IMG/VR virus record: IMGVR_UViG_3300021387_001106
Span: 34,633 to 98,632 of that record
DNA length: 64,000 nt
Reading direction: 5' to 3' (one strand)
Source: a virus
Lineage: Duplodnaviria; Caudoviricetes
The position numbers were made by a program, and so were the translations under genes. Position 1 is the first letter of the stretch; the number at the start of each line of letters is the position of its first letter. The notes under the pieces are model-generated. The model was not told the origin of the DNA, searched no databases, and saw only the letters and a list, made by a program, of their open reading frames with translations. Below are positions 28,801-38,112 of this stretch, piece by piece.

Positions 28801-31130
28801 ATGACGGAAAATGGACAATGACCAAACCGGGAATCAGAAGGACGATCGAAAATTCGAGTGCGGCTGATTTCATAGGCGGCTATACAGATAACTCTTCCAA
28901 TTACGGGCCAAAGCTCGTGGAGAGCACGGATGAGGCAGAACAGCTTGAAGACATCTCCATGCACGACAACAGCACGTATGGGGACTGGGCTGCTGACCTC
29001 AACGGAAAGGCTCGTAAAGACCTTGTCAAGCGAGCAAAGAAAGACCCTGAGTTCAAGGAGCTGGTCGATTCCATAGTCCTTTATACAGAAGGTGGATATG
29101 TCGACCAAAGGAAAGCACTCGAAGCGGCAACGGAGACCGGACTGAAAGATGTCGATGCTCAGACAGTAGGAATGTACGCAAACGATACCATCTACAAAAT
29201 ACGGGATCTGTGGAAAGGACAGGACCTGACAGGCAGTCAGGCATCACTTGCGGGGGGCATGGCGCACCTCACGGGTGTCATCAATGCCGCAGACCCGGTT
29301 GAGAAGCCGCTGTTCCGCGCTGCTCAGGATAGGAGCATCGCAAAGACCGGGGAACAAGAACCATATGTTCCACCAAAGCCGGGTGATGTTATTTCCATAA
29401 CAGCCCCGACTTCCTTCACCGACAGCAAGGATGTTGAAACAGAAATCTCCCGGGGGAAAATGGGTGATGTCATCCACTATGAACTGGAACCCGGGGCAAA
29501 GGCCGTAAACGTAGCGGAGCTGTCACGGTATAAACAGTCAGAGTATTTGACATCTGGAAACTTCGAGGTTGTATCGGTTGATACGGAAACTCATCCATAC
29601 CCTGTTTTCAGGGACTCAGACATCACACCTGCTATACAGAAAAGAGGCGTTAAGGAAGACCAGTGGGGCAACAGATATTGCGAAAGATACGTCTGCACTA
29701 TAAAGCTCCGCCGAGTTGGTGATACAAACCTCACCGGTAAAAAAGATTCTGAAGAAGAGTATCTTGTCTACAACGGGCACTTCGACGAACGAATGGTCTT
29801 GTCTGGCGTCAGAGGGGATGCTGAGCCCGACAGTTGGATTACACTGAAGAACGGCAACCATATACCACTTGATAAGTCTGGAAAGGCTATAGGAGGCGCT
29901 GGGGGCTGGGCAGAAGGAAAAGATTTCAGCGGGGCAAAGAAGAAAACCAATGGTACCGCCGATTCCCTCACAAAGCGTGTAAAGGATGCGTACGGGAAAC
30001 CTGATTACGTTGAAGTGGCGAGTGCATTCAGAAAAGCGCTGAAGGATATGCCGGTTGGAGCATCTGTGAAAAGCGGTTATTACACATACACAAAGACTGG
30101 CGATAATGAGTATGAGTACGAGTGGAAGCCCGGCCAGAAGACAACAGTGAATGAGAACTCGGTCGTCAATGGACAGGATTTCTTTGACCCGGAAAAAGCA
30201 CCGGTGTTCAAAGACCCCGTCGGAGGGCCTGAAGATTCTCACGAAGTTAGAGAGCCAAAGGAAAGACCATCCTCTAATAAGGCTATAAGCATAAAACCAA
30301 AACTTGAGCACGCTAATTCTGGGAGCGTCGTGTTCGATAATAATGGCAATGTTTATGAAAAACAAGAAGATGGAGATTATCTAAGCCTTGGCAGCGGGGA
30401 AATATTATCCGCAGAAGAACTGACTGATAAGGGCGCTGAATTAGCGGAGTATACCGGGAAAACATCTTTTGAATATGGGGATGTTAGTCCAGACGTAGCG
30501 CAAAGCAGATATGAGGATTTAATAAAAAATCAATTCCGCAATGAAGGAAAAGCAACGCTCAACTCCGAAGAGTTCGAATCTATGGTCAATAGCGTATTAC
30601 ATTATGGAACAGGGGGTGAGTGTCAGATGATACTTGCCACACAAGATCCTGATGCTTACGCAGACATACCTGATATGGGCTTGAGTGGACGATATGAGGA
30701 GTACGCAAAAGAAGCAGATAGACTCGAAAAATTCATTGAACTGTCAAATAAATACCCCGGCACTATTTACAGGGGCATGTCATTTAACGACTCGATTCCG
30801 GGACAAAAAAAGGTTGTCGAGGACCTGATTTCGAATCTCAAACCCGGCAACGAAATAACAATGGGACATATTTCGAGTTGGTCTTCCAACGAAGGAACAG
30901 CAAGGAGTTATTCTTTAGGAGCGGTTGACCTTGAGCTGGAAAGCGGAAACAATTACTCGGTTATATATGAATGCGATAATCACAAATACGCAACAGACCT
31001 TAGCGGAATAAACCCCGAAGGTGAATGCATAGCCACAAAAGATGCCCGTTATCGTATTCGAAGCGTAGATTATAAATATGACGAGTCCTTGGAATGCCAT
31101 GTATACAAAGTCAAACTGGAGGAAATCTGA
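25881..31130 (+). CDS. 1749-aa modular (polyvalent-type) protein: four W-motif modules, three ART-like domains, one ParB-like domain
   Basis: AAGGAGG RBS; FGRGMYT..GYDAV; QEGRHRAVAA; LFRA..TSFT..QSEYL; IYRG..SSWSS..EGECI. Confidence 0.8.
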   Translation: MTTLDFNKAVMAFVFAYRAGNIENDSTHMDNAYDEWLEENLDKFEDDDSEVAFAQWKNSEGEKPRDCDDIDMVEAMWLEYKGRRKDGKDDEEGRWITTENKHKVHINEEGVADKGNPHVLAVMNEGEKSARNNSSPKGTAKHKIVNGKDISESYSGEGTITSVIHEQGFDGVPKVVSDDEFDEAVKASGFVAQRTYSSESPEVLDAYREALYSGEWYVECTYGKSAFGRGMYTVSDASGTITEAAEEEVAKYRKYGQHSYTETMTLAPGAKIADYRKIAEDWEDGFNHYNDLEEIKALENRAQEDIDKKIKGLGKRGKEYLDWAKPLEEAFYKEQFKVNWKDEKQIEEYNGRYKKFYEEKKRRLSMFDPDTALALDKPHKAAEKRFRELEKEKFKKGIELRKRFKDINAYAASLGYDAVNVPHGKGLFYTIILNRTKLIIKDKRNRKDDEDDKHITFRPGKDGQMLAVKDGKVIGSVWTNDVQSDDMQHDSDESSGPVESLGDKLRKFRMIRRKYRHDASFGDEPVDELIDDFGLGDDEEWITVNGTHILLNQEGKAVNGGDLAGKDFSNAKSEPTVARRPTPEVGKRKSTDFLPLHSYRDTETFKDAVASYKEASEKADELWAKRKELEEAVKSESRPKPKDEWDEEDEYQSLIGKRPRIYTEKGKKLQDELSKVEKEWFKQKKANDEASEKLDAMKEQEHQRQAAAYKPNKFKEAKKDDYEGFTLDKTSNSFGDEYLQNGKGRIVEMSPREYLERCAYEIFHNGTMESTMGAVDEKTTDKYAEQMKNGEKFDLPYLNYKDMGQEGRHRAVAAYKAGIETMPVLIIGDPKHRKDSKRHERMDEEPEEWITVNGNHIPLDGDKKPIGGQMKALGKAAPKAKARPAHGVVSKKTSLTPAQRKHYSDELERITEAFQKERDFQKSVNPKVKDYDPTPFIESEKRAKELRAEGERLCGEMPAGTIITKGTELYEKTDDGKWTMTKPGIRRTIENSSAADFIGGYTDNSSNYGPKLVESTDEAEQLEDISMHDNSTYGDWAADLNGKARKDLVKRAKKDPEFKELVDSIVLYTEGGYVDQRKALEAATETGLKDVDAQTVGMYANDTIYKIRDLWKGQDLTGSQASLAGGMAHLTGVINAADPVEKPLFRAAQDRSIAKTGEQEPYVPPKPGDVISITAPTSFTDSKDVETEISRGKMGDVIHYELEPGAKAVNVAELSRYKQSEYLTSGNFEVVSVDTETHPYPVFRDSDITPAIQKRGVKEDQWGNRYCERYVCTIKLRRVGDTNLTGKKDSEEEYLVYNGHFDERMVLSGVRGDAEPDSWITLKNGNHIPLDKSGKAIGGAGGWAEGKDFSGAKKKTNGTADSLTKRVKDAYGKPDYVEVASAFRKALKDMPVGASVKSGYYTYTKTGDNEYEYEWKPGQKTTVNENSVVNGQDFFDPEKAPVFKDPVGGPEDSHEVREPKERPSSNKAISIKPKLEHANSGSVVFDNNGNVYEKQEDGDYLSLGSGEILSAEELTDKGAELAEYTGKTSFEYGDVSPDVAQSRYEDLIKNQFRNEGKATLNSEEFESMVNSVLHYGTGGECQMILATQDPDAYADIPDMGLSGRYEEYAKEADRLEKFIELSNKYPGTIYRGMSFNDSIPGQKKVVEDLISNLKPGNEITMGHISSWSSNEGTARSYSLGAVDLELESGNNYSVIYECDNHKYATDLSGINPEGECIATKDARYRIRSVDYKYDESLECHVYKVKLEEI

Positions 31131-31131
31131 T

Positions 31132-34100
31132 ATGGAAAGACTGTCGCTCGGAGATCGAATGATGCTCGAAGCCGGCTTCCTTCCGATAATGTTTAATAAT
31201 AAAGGTAGCAGAAAGGATGATGATTGGGTAACCATAAGTGGCACACATGTACTGTTGAATGAAAACGGGAAAGCTCAGGGCGGAGGAAAGCTCAAAGGAA
31301 AGACATTTTCAAAAGCAAAGAGCTCCGGGGCTGGAACAGGAACCGGGGGTGCCTCGGCGCAGCGGACAAAGCGAATGCAGGATAAACTGTCAAAGGCGCT
31401 CTCCGGGAAAGGCTCCAAGGATGACAAATATGGCGCTGTAAGGGACATTCTCAAAAACTGCGAGGTTGGTTCCACGTACCGTGTCGGGGACGCGCTGTTC
31501 ACGAAGATGAAAGACACTGACGATGAGCGGGAAAGCAGCCTTGCCTTGGGAAACAGCGATTATGCGGACTGGTCTTTCAGTGACATGGTGCACATGATGG
31601 AATACCACTTCACCCATGAAAACGACCCGCCAGAATTTGTCGACAGGGGGAAGAAAAGGGCAGAAGTACAGGAAAAGATAAGCGAACTGAAGAAATCCGG
31701 TGAACTGAGCGGCACTGAGGAGATGAAGAAACTGGAACAGGGACTCATCTCAAAAGACAGCCCTGATTTCGGAAAGCCCGGAAAGTATGTCATGTACCGC
31801 AGCGGAAAAGTTGGGAAGAGGAGCGGTATGCTCTTCTTCGCACCTGACAAGGCGGGTGCTGACACTTACGCTGACCTGCATGATGGCGACACTGTGCAGT
31901 ATTCCGTGGATATAAAGAATCCTCTGGTGGTCACGGGTAGTGCTGATGGAGAGTGCCTGAGAAAAGCATGGCAGTCCCTTCACCCCGGACAGACGCCGCC
32001 AAAGAATCTGACCGGGTCATCTTGGAAGAAGATGGACAGGGAAAACGCTTCTGCGCTTGAGGGCTCACAATACGACTCCATCATTTATAAAATAGGAGAC
32101 AGGCCGCAGGAGATACAGATACCTGCAAAACGTGGCAAGGAGCTTGAAAAGCTCGCAACCTATACCACAACAGATTGGAGTCGGGCGGGACGAAGTATAG
32201 AAGACGCAATATTTGCGGACAAGTTCAAAGATGACCCGCATGACTTCAAACGAATCGACAGCAGAGAAGATTCCACTGACGACGACCTTTACGAAAACGA
32301 GGATTTCAGATACTTCCTGTGTGACTGGAAAAGGGCAAGGCATAAAGACGACGAAGAGTGGAAGACGATAAACGGGACACATGTTCTGGTCGACACGGAA
32401 ACGGGAAGTGTCAACAAAGGCCCGGATGGGCTGAAAAAATGGAGCGAGAGCAAGAAGCCAGGTCCGAATGGGTCTGGCTCTTCTCATTCTGGGACTTCTA
32501 CAGAAAAAGGGTTGTCCGGTGCCATGAAGCCCGCTCAGACGGGGTACGATATGACCCTCGATGATGGCTTTGATGATTTCGTCAGAAAGAACATGGGGAA
32601 CCGCAGGAATCCGAAAGCGCTGTACAGCTTTTATCACGAAGTCGAAGATAACGGCGGCGACGGGCACGAGGCTGTTAAGGATGAATACCAGAAATCCAGA
32701 CTGGCCATGTGTACAGAGGGTCTCAAGGAAATCAGCCGGGATGAAGCGGATGAAATCCTCTATGACAACCTGAACCATGGAACGGTACAACAGTGGTTCA
32801 GGGAATACAACCATGAGGTCAAGGACGGGCTGGTATGGCAGATGACACAGAGCCCGGGGGTACATAACGCAGCCCTGAACATCATGTACGGGAACTACAA
32901 GTACAACTGCATGGAAGAGGGGTCGGAGCCGCTTCCGTTTGAGCAGTTCCTTGTTACTCCAATCAAGATGTACAGAGGCGGCACCGGCATGGAGTACGAT
33001 GAAGCAGGAGCTTTTTCATCCTACACGTTCAACAGGAAAGTGGCAGAATCGTTCACTGGAAGCGAGGTGGGACAAGGCCACAGTTTTGACCCGAACGGCG
33101 TAGTGTATGAGGCTGAGATCCGTCCGATAGATACATATGGGAGTGTATATACGAACGGCGAATCTGAGATTCTGGTTCCGAAGATGATCGCGCCGAATAA
33201 GAACAGGGACAGTGCTGACAGCAGGGAAGATGAAGAATCCGCCAGAATGTTCAGTACAGTCGAACTGTTCGCTATGTTTTCAGTGTATGGTAACAGCTAT
33301 ACAGAGAAGAAGTTAATTGACATCGCAAGCCGGCATGGTACCATACTATTGGGAGGAAGAAACGCCCACGGGGATGAAAAGCCTGCCTCATGGATAAGCA
33401 CTGAGGAGGGCCACCATATACCCTTGAACAAAGAGGGAATCGCCATCGGCGGAGCCGGTGGATGGGCAACGGGCAAGGACTTCTCCGGGGCTAAAAGCGA
33501 GAGTAAAAGCAAACAGTCTGATAAGCCGGAAAAAAAGAAGAAGCCCGGGCAGAAAAGGGAAGCTCCACAGGGCGGAAAACCCTTTATCTACGTTGGGTCG
33601 GTTAAGCGCAACAAAGGTACAAAACCTAAGCCCACTGGTGGAAGCTCTGGAAGCTCGGAAAAACCTAAGGTATCTTCAGAGACTGGAAGGACGCCGGTAA
33701 GCAGGGTAACCCCAGAACCGACCGGGAAAAGTACGGCGGAAAAGAAACGGGAAACCAGACCTGAGGAAAAACGGCGGGAACATAGAGCTGAACCGAAAAA
33801 GGGAACAGCGGCTCATCCCTCTCCAAGAGGGGAAAACATTCCGTGCACCGGCATGAAGAATGACAACTGCGTGAAACTCCACGAGAAACACTACAAAGAA
33901 GTCGGGGCATCTGGCAGAGAGGATTACGAGAAAAAGGCAATAGACTTTATCAAACAGCCCTGCGGGGGTGACATCGACGGGTATTGCAGATGGCCTGAAC
34001 CCGGCTCCAAAAAGAAACCAGTCATTGTACGGTTCAACAGGAAGACCGGGGAGATAGGCTTCGGAATACCGGGCAGCTTCTTCCTGAGCTACTATGTTGC

Positions 34101-34194
34101 AAAGTATGATGAAGCGACTGGGAAGACGGATATTGATCGGGCTAACAGATATTTCGATAAGATTAAGAAACAGGAAGGCGGGGGAATAGTATGA
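31132..34194 (+). CDS. 1020-aa modular protein: three W-motif modules, two ART-like domains, C-terminal toxin-like domain
   Basis: GGAGG RBS; MYRSG..LFFAP..IKNPL..YDSII; MYRGG..SSYT..ESEIL; HEKH..E.G...Y...A..F. Confidence 0.75.
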   Translation: MERLSLGDRMMLEAGFLPIMFNNKGSRKDDDWVTISGTHVLLNENGKAQGGGKLKGKTFSKAKSSGAGTGTGGASAQRTKRMQDKLSKALSGKGSKDDKYGAVRDILKNCEVGSTYRVGDALFTKMKDTDDERESSLALGNSDYADWSFSDMVHMMEYHFTHENDPPEFVDRGKKRAEVQEKISELKKSGELSGTEEMKKLEQGLISKDSPDFGKPGKYVMYRSGKVGKRSGMLFFAPDKAGADTYADLHDGDTVQYSVDIKNPLVVTGSADGECLRKAWQSLHPGQTPPKNLTGSSWKKMDRENASALEGSQYDSIIYKIGDRPQEIQIPAKRGKELEKLATYTTTDWSRAGRSIEDAIFADKFKDDPHDFKRIDSREDSTDDDLYENEDFRYFLCDWKRARHKDDEEWKTINGTHVLVDTETGSVNKGPDGLKKWSESKKPGPNGSGSSHSGTSTEKGLSGAMKPAQTGYDMTLDDGFDDFVRKNMGNRRNPKALYSFYHEVEDNGGDGHEAVKDEYQKSRLAMCTEGLKEISRDEADEILYDNLNHGTVQQWFREYNHEVKDGLVWQMTQSPGVHNAALNIMYGNYKYNCMEEGSEPLPFEQFLVTPIKMYRGGTGMEYDEAGAFSSYTFNRKVAESFTGSEVGQGHSFDPNGVVYEAEIRPIDTYGSVYTNGESEILVPKMIAPNKNRDSADSREDEESARMFSTVELFAMFSVYGNSYTEKKLIDIASRHGTILLGGRNAHGDEKPASWISTEEGHHIPLNKEGIAIGGAGGWATGKDFSGAKSESKSKQSDKPEKKKKPGQKREAPQGGKPFIYVGSVKRNKGTKPKPTGGSSGSSEKPKVSSETGRTPVSRVTPEPTGKSTAEKKRETRPEEKRREHRAEPKKGTAAHPSPRGENIPCTGMKNDNCVKLHEKHYKEVGASGREDYEKKAIDFIKQPCGGDIDGYCRWPEPGSKKKPVIVRFNRKTGEIGFGIPGSFFLSYYVAKYDEATGKTDIDRANRYFDKIKKQEGGGIV

Positions 34195-34409
34195 TCGTAA
34201 GGATTAAAGAAAACGATGAACACATGTGCCCGGTCTGCGGGAAAACAGAGTTTCCTTACAGAGGCTCGTTCAGCACATGTGAAGTTTGTGGATGGGTCGA
34301 TGACCCGGTACAACTTGAAGACCCGGACGAAGACAGATGTGCGAACCGTGAAAGCCTGAACGAGTACAGAGCCAAGTGGAAGGCCGGTTGGAGACCATAC
34401 GATGATTAA
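34191..34409 (+). CDS. CPCC-family cysteine-rich protein (candidate immunity protein)
   Basis: CPVCG...CEVCGWVDD...ANRESL; ATGA overlap with the upstream gene. Confidence 0.75.
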   Translation: MIVRIKENDEHMCPVCGKTEFPYRGSFSTCEVCGWVDDPVQLEDPDEDRCANRESLNEYRAKWKAGWRPYDD

Positions 34410-34435
34410 AAGGACAGTTTAGGCTGTCCTTTTTT
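34408..34435 (+). terminator. intrinsic terminator
   Basis: aaaggacag-tttagg-ctgtcctttt. Confidence 0.7.
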
Positions 34436-34448
34436 CGTGGAGGAAATG

Positions 34449-35381
34449 ATGGAAAACAGGATTGATAAAACCATCGCGAGAATCAGAAAAGACCATAGAA
34501 CCCGAATGGACGCTGAGGAAAAATGGATAACGGTCAATGGAACACATGTAAAGGTCGATAAAGAGGGAGAGCTTAGTGGGGCAGTTGGCAAGAAGATAAG
34601 CTCCACATCAAAGACTACAAAGAAGTCATCCGGGCCTTCTAAAAAAGGTGTTTCCTCAGCAGCAAAGAGGATTACTGACATCATTAAAAAGATAGATGAT
34701 GGCAGTGTCCCGGATATGAGTGGAGCTGAACAGATCATGGATGAAGTAAAAAATCTACCAGATGGTTCAGTTATAAATCTTTCACTTTTCGGCAGTGATA
34801 TGGAATACACGAAAGGCAACGGGGGGTGGACAACGAACGGCGTTGATGTAGACGTGGATGAGCTTTTTAACGACATTTACGATGGAAAAAATCTAAAAAT
34901 AACACAGGGCAAAAAAAGCGAGAAAAATGGTAAGAATGCTTATTCGCCCGGATTAAAAGGGTACAACAAACTTATAGAAGACACGATGTCGAAAAAAGAG
35001 CCTGCGGAAAGAAGGGCATTTCTTGAAGCAAATGCACACTGGCTCAATGGAAAGCCAAAAGAATCGACAGACTACATAAAAAATCCTGACAACATGACTA
35101 AGAATCAAATGCTTGATGCCGCAAGTGATATTGCATACAAGGGGCAACCCGGGGACGTAATAGAAGTAAAGACGAAAGATCGCGGTGGAATTACATCAAC
35201 GTCAAGGTATATAAGAACTGACAAATATAACTGGATAGACGAAGGACAACTCTATAATTTAATGAATAATGCAACCGCTGGAAGACAAAATAAGTCTTCT
35301 CAAAATGAAATGTTTAGGGAAATTAAATATTTCATTGATAACGGAGAAATGCGTGGAATGAAATTTCACCGGTATTCATGA
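34449..35381 (+). CDS. putative head cargo protein (RMD + WITVNG motif), function unknown
   Basis: GGAGG RBS; TRMDAEEKWITVNGTHV. Confidence 0.7.
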   Translation: MENRIDKTIARIRKDHRTRMDAEEKWITVNGTHVKVDKEGELSGAVGKKISSTSKTTKKSSGPSKKGVSSAAKRITDIIKKIDDGSVPDMSGAEQIMDEVKNLPDGSVINLSLFGSDMEYTKGNGGWTTNGVDVDVDELFNDIYDGKNLKITQGKKSEKNGKNAYSPGLKGYNKLIEDTMSKKEPAERRAFLEANAHWLNGKPKESTDYIKNPDNMTKNQMLDAASDIAYKGQPGDVIEVKTKDRGGITSTSRYIRTDKYNWIDEGQLYNLMNNATAGRQNKSSQNEMFREIKYFIDNGEMRGMKFHRYS

Positions 35382-35444
35382 TTTCAGGGTATGGCATGAA
35401 TCAGATTTTAAGAAGGCGTAAATGCTGATAAAAGGAGACCAGTT

Positions 35445-36860
35445 ATGAAACCTATTCAGCGGATAAAGCTCGATACCATCCGCATCAGACACTCTTATAA
35501 GAGAATGGACGCGGATGATGATACCCAGTGGATTACCATTAACGGTGCGCATGTCCCAATAGATACAGGGGGGAATCTCAGGGGAAGCGTCGGAAAGAAA
35601 ATAGCCAAGACTTCGACTGGTAAAAAGTCGTCTGGTGGTGGAAGCAGCTGGAAAAGGTCTGCCGACAAAGTACCTACGACAGCAAAGTGGGGAGGCGCTT
35701 CTGGCTCAAAAAAAACTGGTAGCAACAGTTCCGTAGGTCACGAAATGACTGGACATACTGGTAATCGTTATCAAGAAAGCGGAACGGAAAAAGGGAATCC
35801 ATATTCCACAGTGGCGGCTTCGAGGCCAAAGAAGAAAACCGTATATGGCAAGATGAAGGACAGCGAGTTTGTTCCAAGTGGGAGCTGGACTGAGAGAAAG
35901 CTCATAAAGGAGAATACAGCCAAGTCATCTTCAAACTCTGGCACCGGCAAATTCAAGATGCCAAAAAGCGGAAAAACAGGGATAACTCACCCAAATGGAT
36001 CAGAGGCGTCTCAGGAAGACATTGTTGATGCTGTAGAGTATATGAAAGGAACAGGGGACAAGGCTTCACTCAGAAAAGACATTGAGGCCGGTAAGTTCTC
36101 GAAGAAAGAGATCGAGAGATGCCTGGACTATCACGCCACAAAAGGGATTCCTTCCAGTAAGAAAAACTCATATTTTAAAAAACTTCAAAACGAAAGGAAC
36201 GGAGCTGAATCGTCGGAGAAACGACAGAGCACCACTAAAAATCCACACCTAAAAGATGGATGGGGAGACACTTACAGACATACCCCGGGGGCTGGAAGCA
36301 CATTTCAGGGATTATTCAAAGATGGAAAGCGTGTCGGGTATATTGAACACTGGGAAGATGATGGTGACCATGGGTATTCCGTCTATAAAGACGACAATAC
36401 ATTCTTAGGCGGTTTTCGTTCGGCAGATAAAGCAAAAAAAGCGCTGGAAAAAGAAGCAGGAAAAAGCAGGACAAAAAAAGCAGTTGAGGCACCTGCATAT
36501 TCCGGGCCCCGGTCCGGTGACAAAAAGCTGGATTCTCAGTTTGATAAGACCCGGCAAGCACTTGCTGAATGGGAGAAAGCTAAACAGGATGAGCAAAAAG
36601 CGTACAAAAGAGTATGCAGAAAACTTGGGATAAAAGAGACGAGACAAGAAAGCATACACAGTTCTTCCAATCAGGCAAAAGTAAGGGCCGCAAAAGACCC
36701 GAACCTGATCGCCGCTGAAAAAGCGAGCGAGAACGCGATGTCAAAACATGCGAGGGCCACAAGCGAATTGAAAAAGCAGTATGGGGAGTATAGGAAGAAC
36801 GGCGGAAAAGCCATAAGCGAATACTACAGCGCAGCAAGAGAATGGGATGATTATGATTAA
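35445..36860 (+). CDS. putative head cargo protein (RMD + WITING motif), basic
   Basis: AAGGAG RBS; KRMDADDDTQWITINGAHV. Confidence 0.7.
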   Translation: MKPIQRIKLDTIRIRHSYKRMDADDDTQWITINGAHVPIDTGGNLRGSVGKKIAKTSTGKKSSGGGSSWKRSADKVPTTAKWGGASGSKKTGSNSSVGHEMTGHTGNRYQESGTEKGNPYSTVAASRPKKKTVYGKMKDSEFVPSGSWTERKLIKENTAKSSSNSGTGKFKMPKSGKTGITHPNGSEASQEDIVDAVEYMKGTGDKASLRKDIEAGKFSKKEIERCLDYHATKGIPSSKKNSYFKKLQNERNGAESSEKRQSTTKNPHLKDGWGDTYRHTPGAGSTFQGLFKDGKRVGYIEHWEDDGDHGYSVYKDDNTFLGGFRSADKAKKALEKEAGKSRTKKAVEAPAYSGPRSGDKKLDSQFDKTRQALAEWEKAKQDEQKAYKRVCRKLGIKETRQESIHSSSNQAKVRAAKDPNLIAAEKASENAMSKHARATSELKKQYGEYRKNGGKAISEYYSAAREWDDYD

Positions 36861-36944
36861 GAAAGGCTTCAAAGAATAAACACTGTTCAGAACTCAGGCG
36901 TTCAGCCTGTTTTTTTATGCCATTACAGGCGCGGGGGAAGCTGG

Positions 36945-37094
36945 ATGAAAAACTTGGATGAATCCTGGGTTGAGCATTTCGCTGCTGAATGGGTGGAGAT
37001 ATGCAAGATTGTCCTTATAGCTATCGGGAAGGGCAAACCAGAAGAGAATACGCCAACGGATGAGTCGGGAGAGGATAAGCAGAATACACTGTAG
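36945..37094 (+). CDS. 49-aa hypothetical protein (not in the ORF track)
   Basis: GGGGG RBS; MKNLDESWVEHFAAEW... Confidence 0.45.
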   Translation: MKNLDESWVEHFAAEWVEICKIVLIAIGKGKPEENTPTDESGEDKQNTL

Positions 37095-37129
37095 GGCTGC
37101 CAAGATTGCCCTGTAAGGCGCTTAAAGAC

Positions 37130-38044
37130 ATGGATGGTACAAATTATCAAGATAAGGCCCAGAACCTCGTACAGAGGAAATTCGGACGCAAGAAAAGGAT
37201 GAAAAGCAGGTACGCACCACGGTACCCGTCAAGTGCTGAGCGTGAGTACAGGCGCATCAACAGCGCGTATGTACAGATACTCGATAAGACGCTGGAGAAG
37301 CAGCTCCCTTCCATCCTGAAAGCCTATGAGAAACAAATGCGCAAGGACAGCCACGAGGACGGTGTCTTTGATTTCCTTCCGTTCCTTCGAAAGAAGATAC
37401 ATGCCATGGCGGACACGATAGCAAAAGCCATGGAAAGATTTCGGTTGCAGGAACAGATCGGGAAGATAGGGCGCATGGTTCAGGAGAGGTCTATCACCGA
37501 ATGGGGGTCAGCCCTAAAGAGCACCCTTGACATTGACATACCTGCGGATAAATACAGGGAAGGTGCATATGAGCAGGAGATGCAGAGATGGATTTCCGAC
37601 AATTACAACTATGTCAGGAACATACCTGTAGACACTCTGCTTGAGATTGAGAACCTGATAGCAGATGCTTTCCGGGACGGTGTTGACATAGACGTTCTCG
37701 AAGAGGAAATTCGGAACCGGCTCGATAAAGCGTTCAACAGGGGGCAGTTTGCAGCGATAAGTCAGGTGTCCTCACTGAATGCTTACATGATGAAGTCCTT
37801 CCAGACCGGGGCCGGCGTAAAGAACTACGTATGGATTTCATGCCGGGACGACAGGGTCAGGGAAAGCCACCGCTCATTTGACGGAAAGACGTTCTCATGG
37901 GATGACCCGCCAGAGGATTGGTACCGGACAAAGGAACGAGGGGTCGTCAGGACCGGGAAGAGATACAATCCCGGGGAAGCACCCGGGTGCAGGTGCTGTG
38001 CTGTTCCTGTGTTCGACAAGAAAACATTTGAGATTCCAAAGTAA
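37130..38044 (+). CDS. MuF / SPP1 gp7-like minor head protein (no C-terminal toxin)
   Basis: YVWISCRDDRVRESH...FSWDDPP...PG...CRC. Confidence 0.85.
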   Translation: MDGTNYQDKAQNLVQRKFGRKKRMKSRYAPRYPSSAEREYRRINSAYVQILDKTLEKQLPSILKAYEKQMRKDSHEDGVFDFLPFLRKKIHAMADTIAKAMERFRLQEQIGKIGRMVQERSITEWGSALKSTLDIDIPADKYREGAYEQEMQRWISDNYNYVRNIPVDTLLEIENLIADAFRDGVDIDVLEEEIRNRLDKAFNRGQFAAISQVSSLNAYMMKSFQTGAGVKNYVWISCRDDRVRESHRSFDGKTFSWDDPPEDWYRTKERGVVRTGKRYNPGEAPGCRCCAVPVFDKKTFEIPK

Positions 38045-38061
38045 AGTGTACTGATGCCGAA

Positions 38062-38089
38062 TTGACCTTACATGAGCAGATGGTATTAT
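38062..38089 (+). promoter_or_regulatory. TTGACC-N16 promoter
   Basis: TTGACC-N16-TATTAT with TG extension. Confidence 0.6.
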
Positions 38090-38112
38090 ATACTTGAAAG
38101 GGGGCTTACTGT

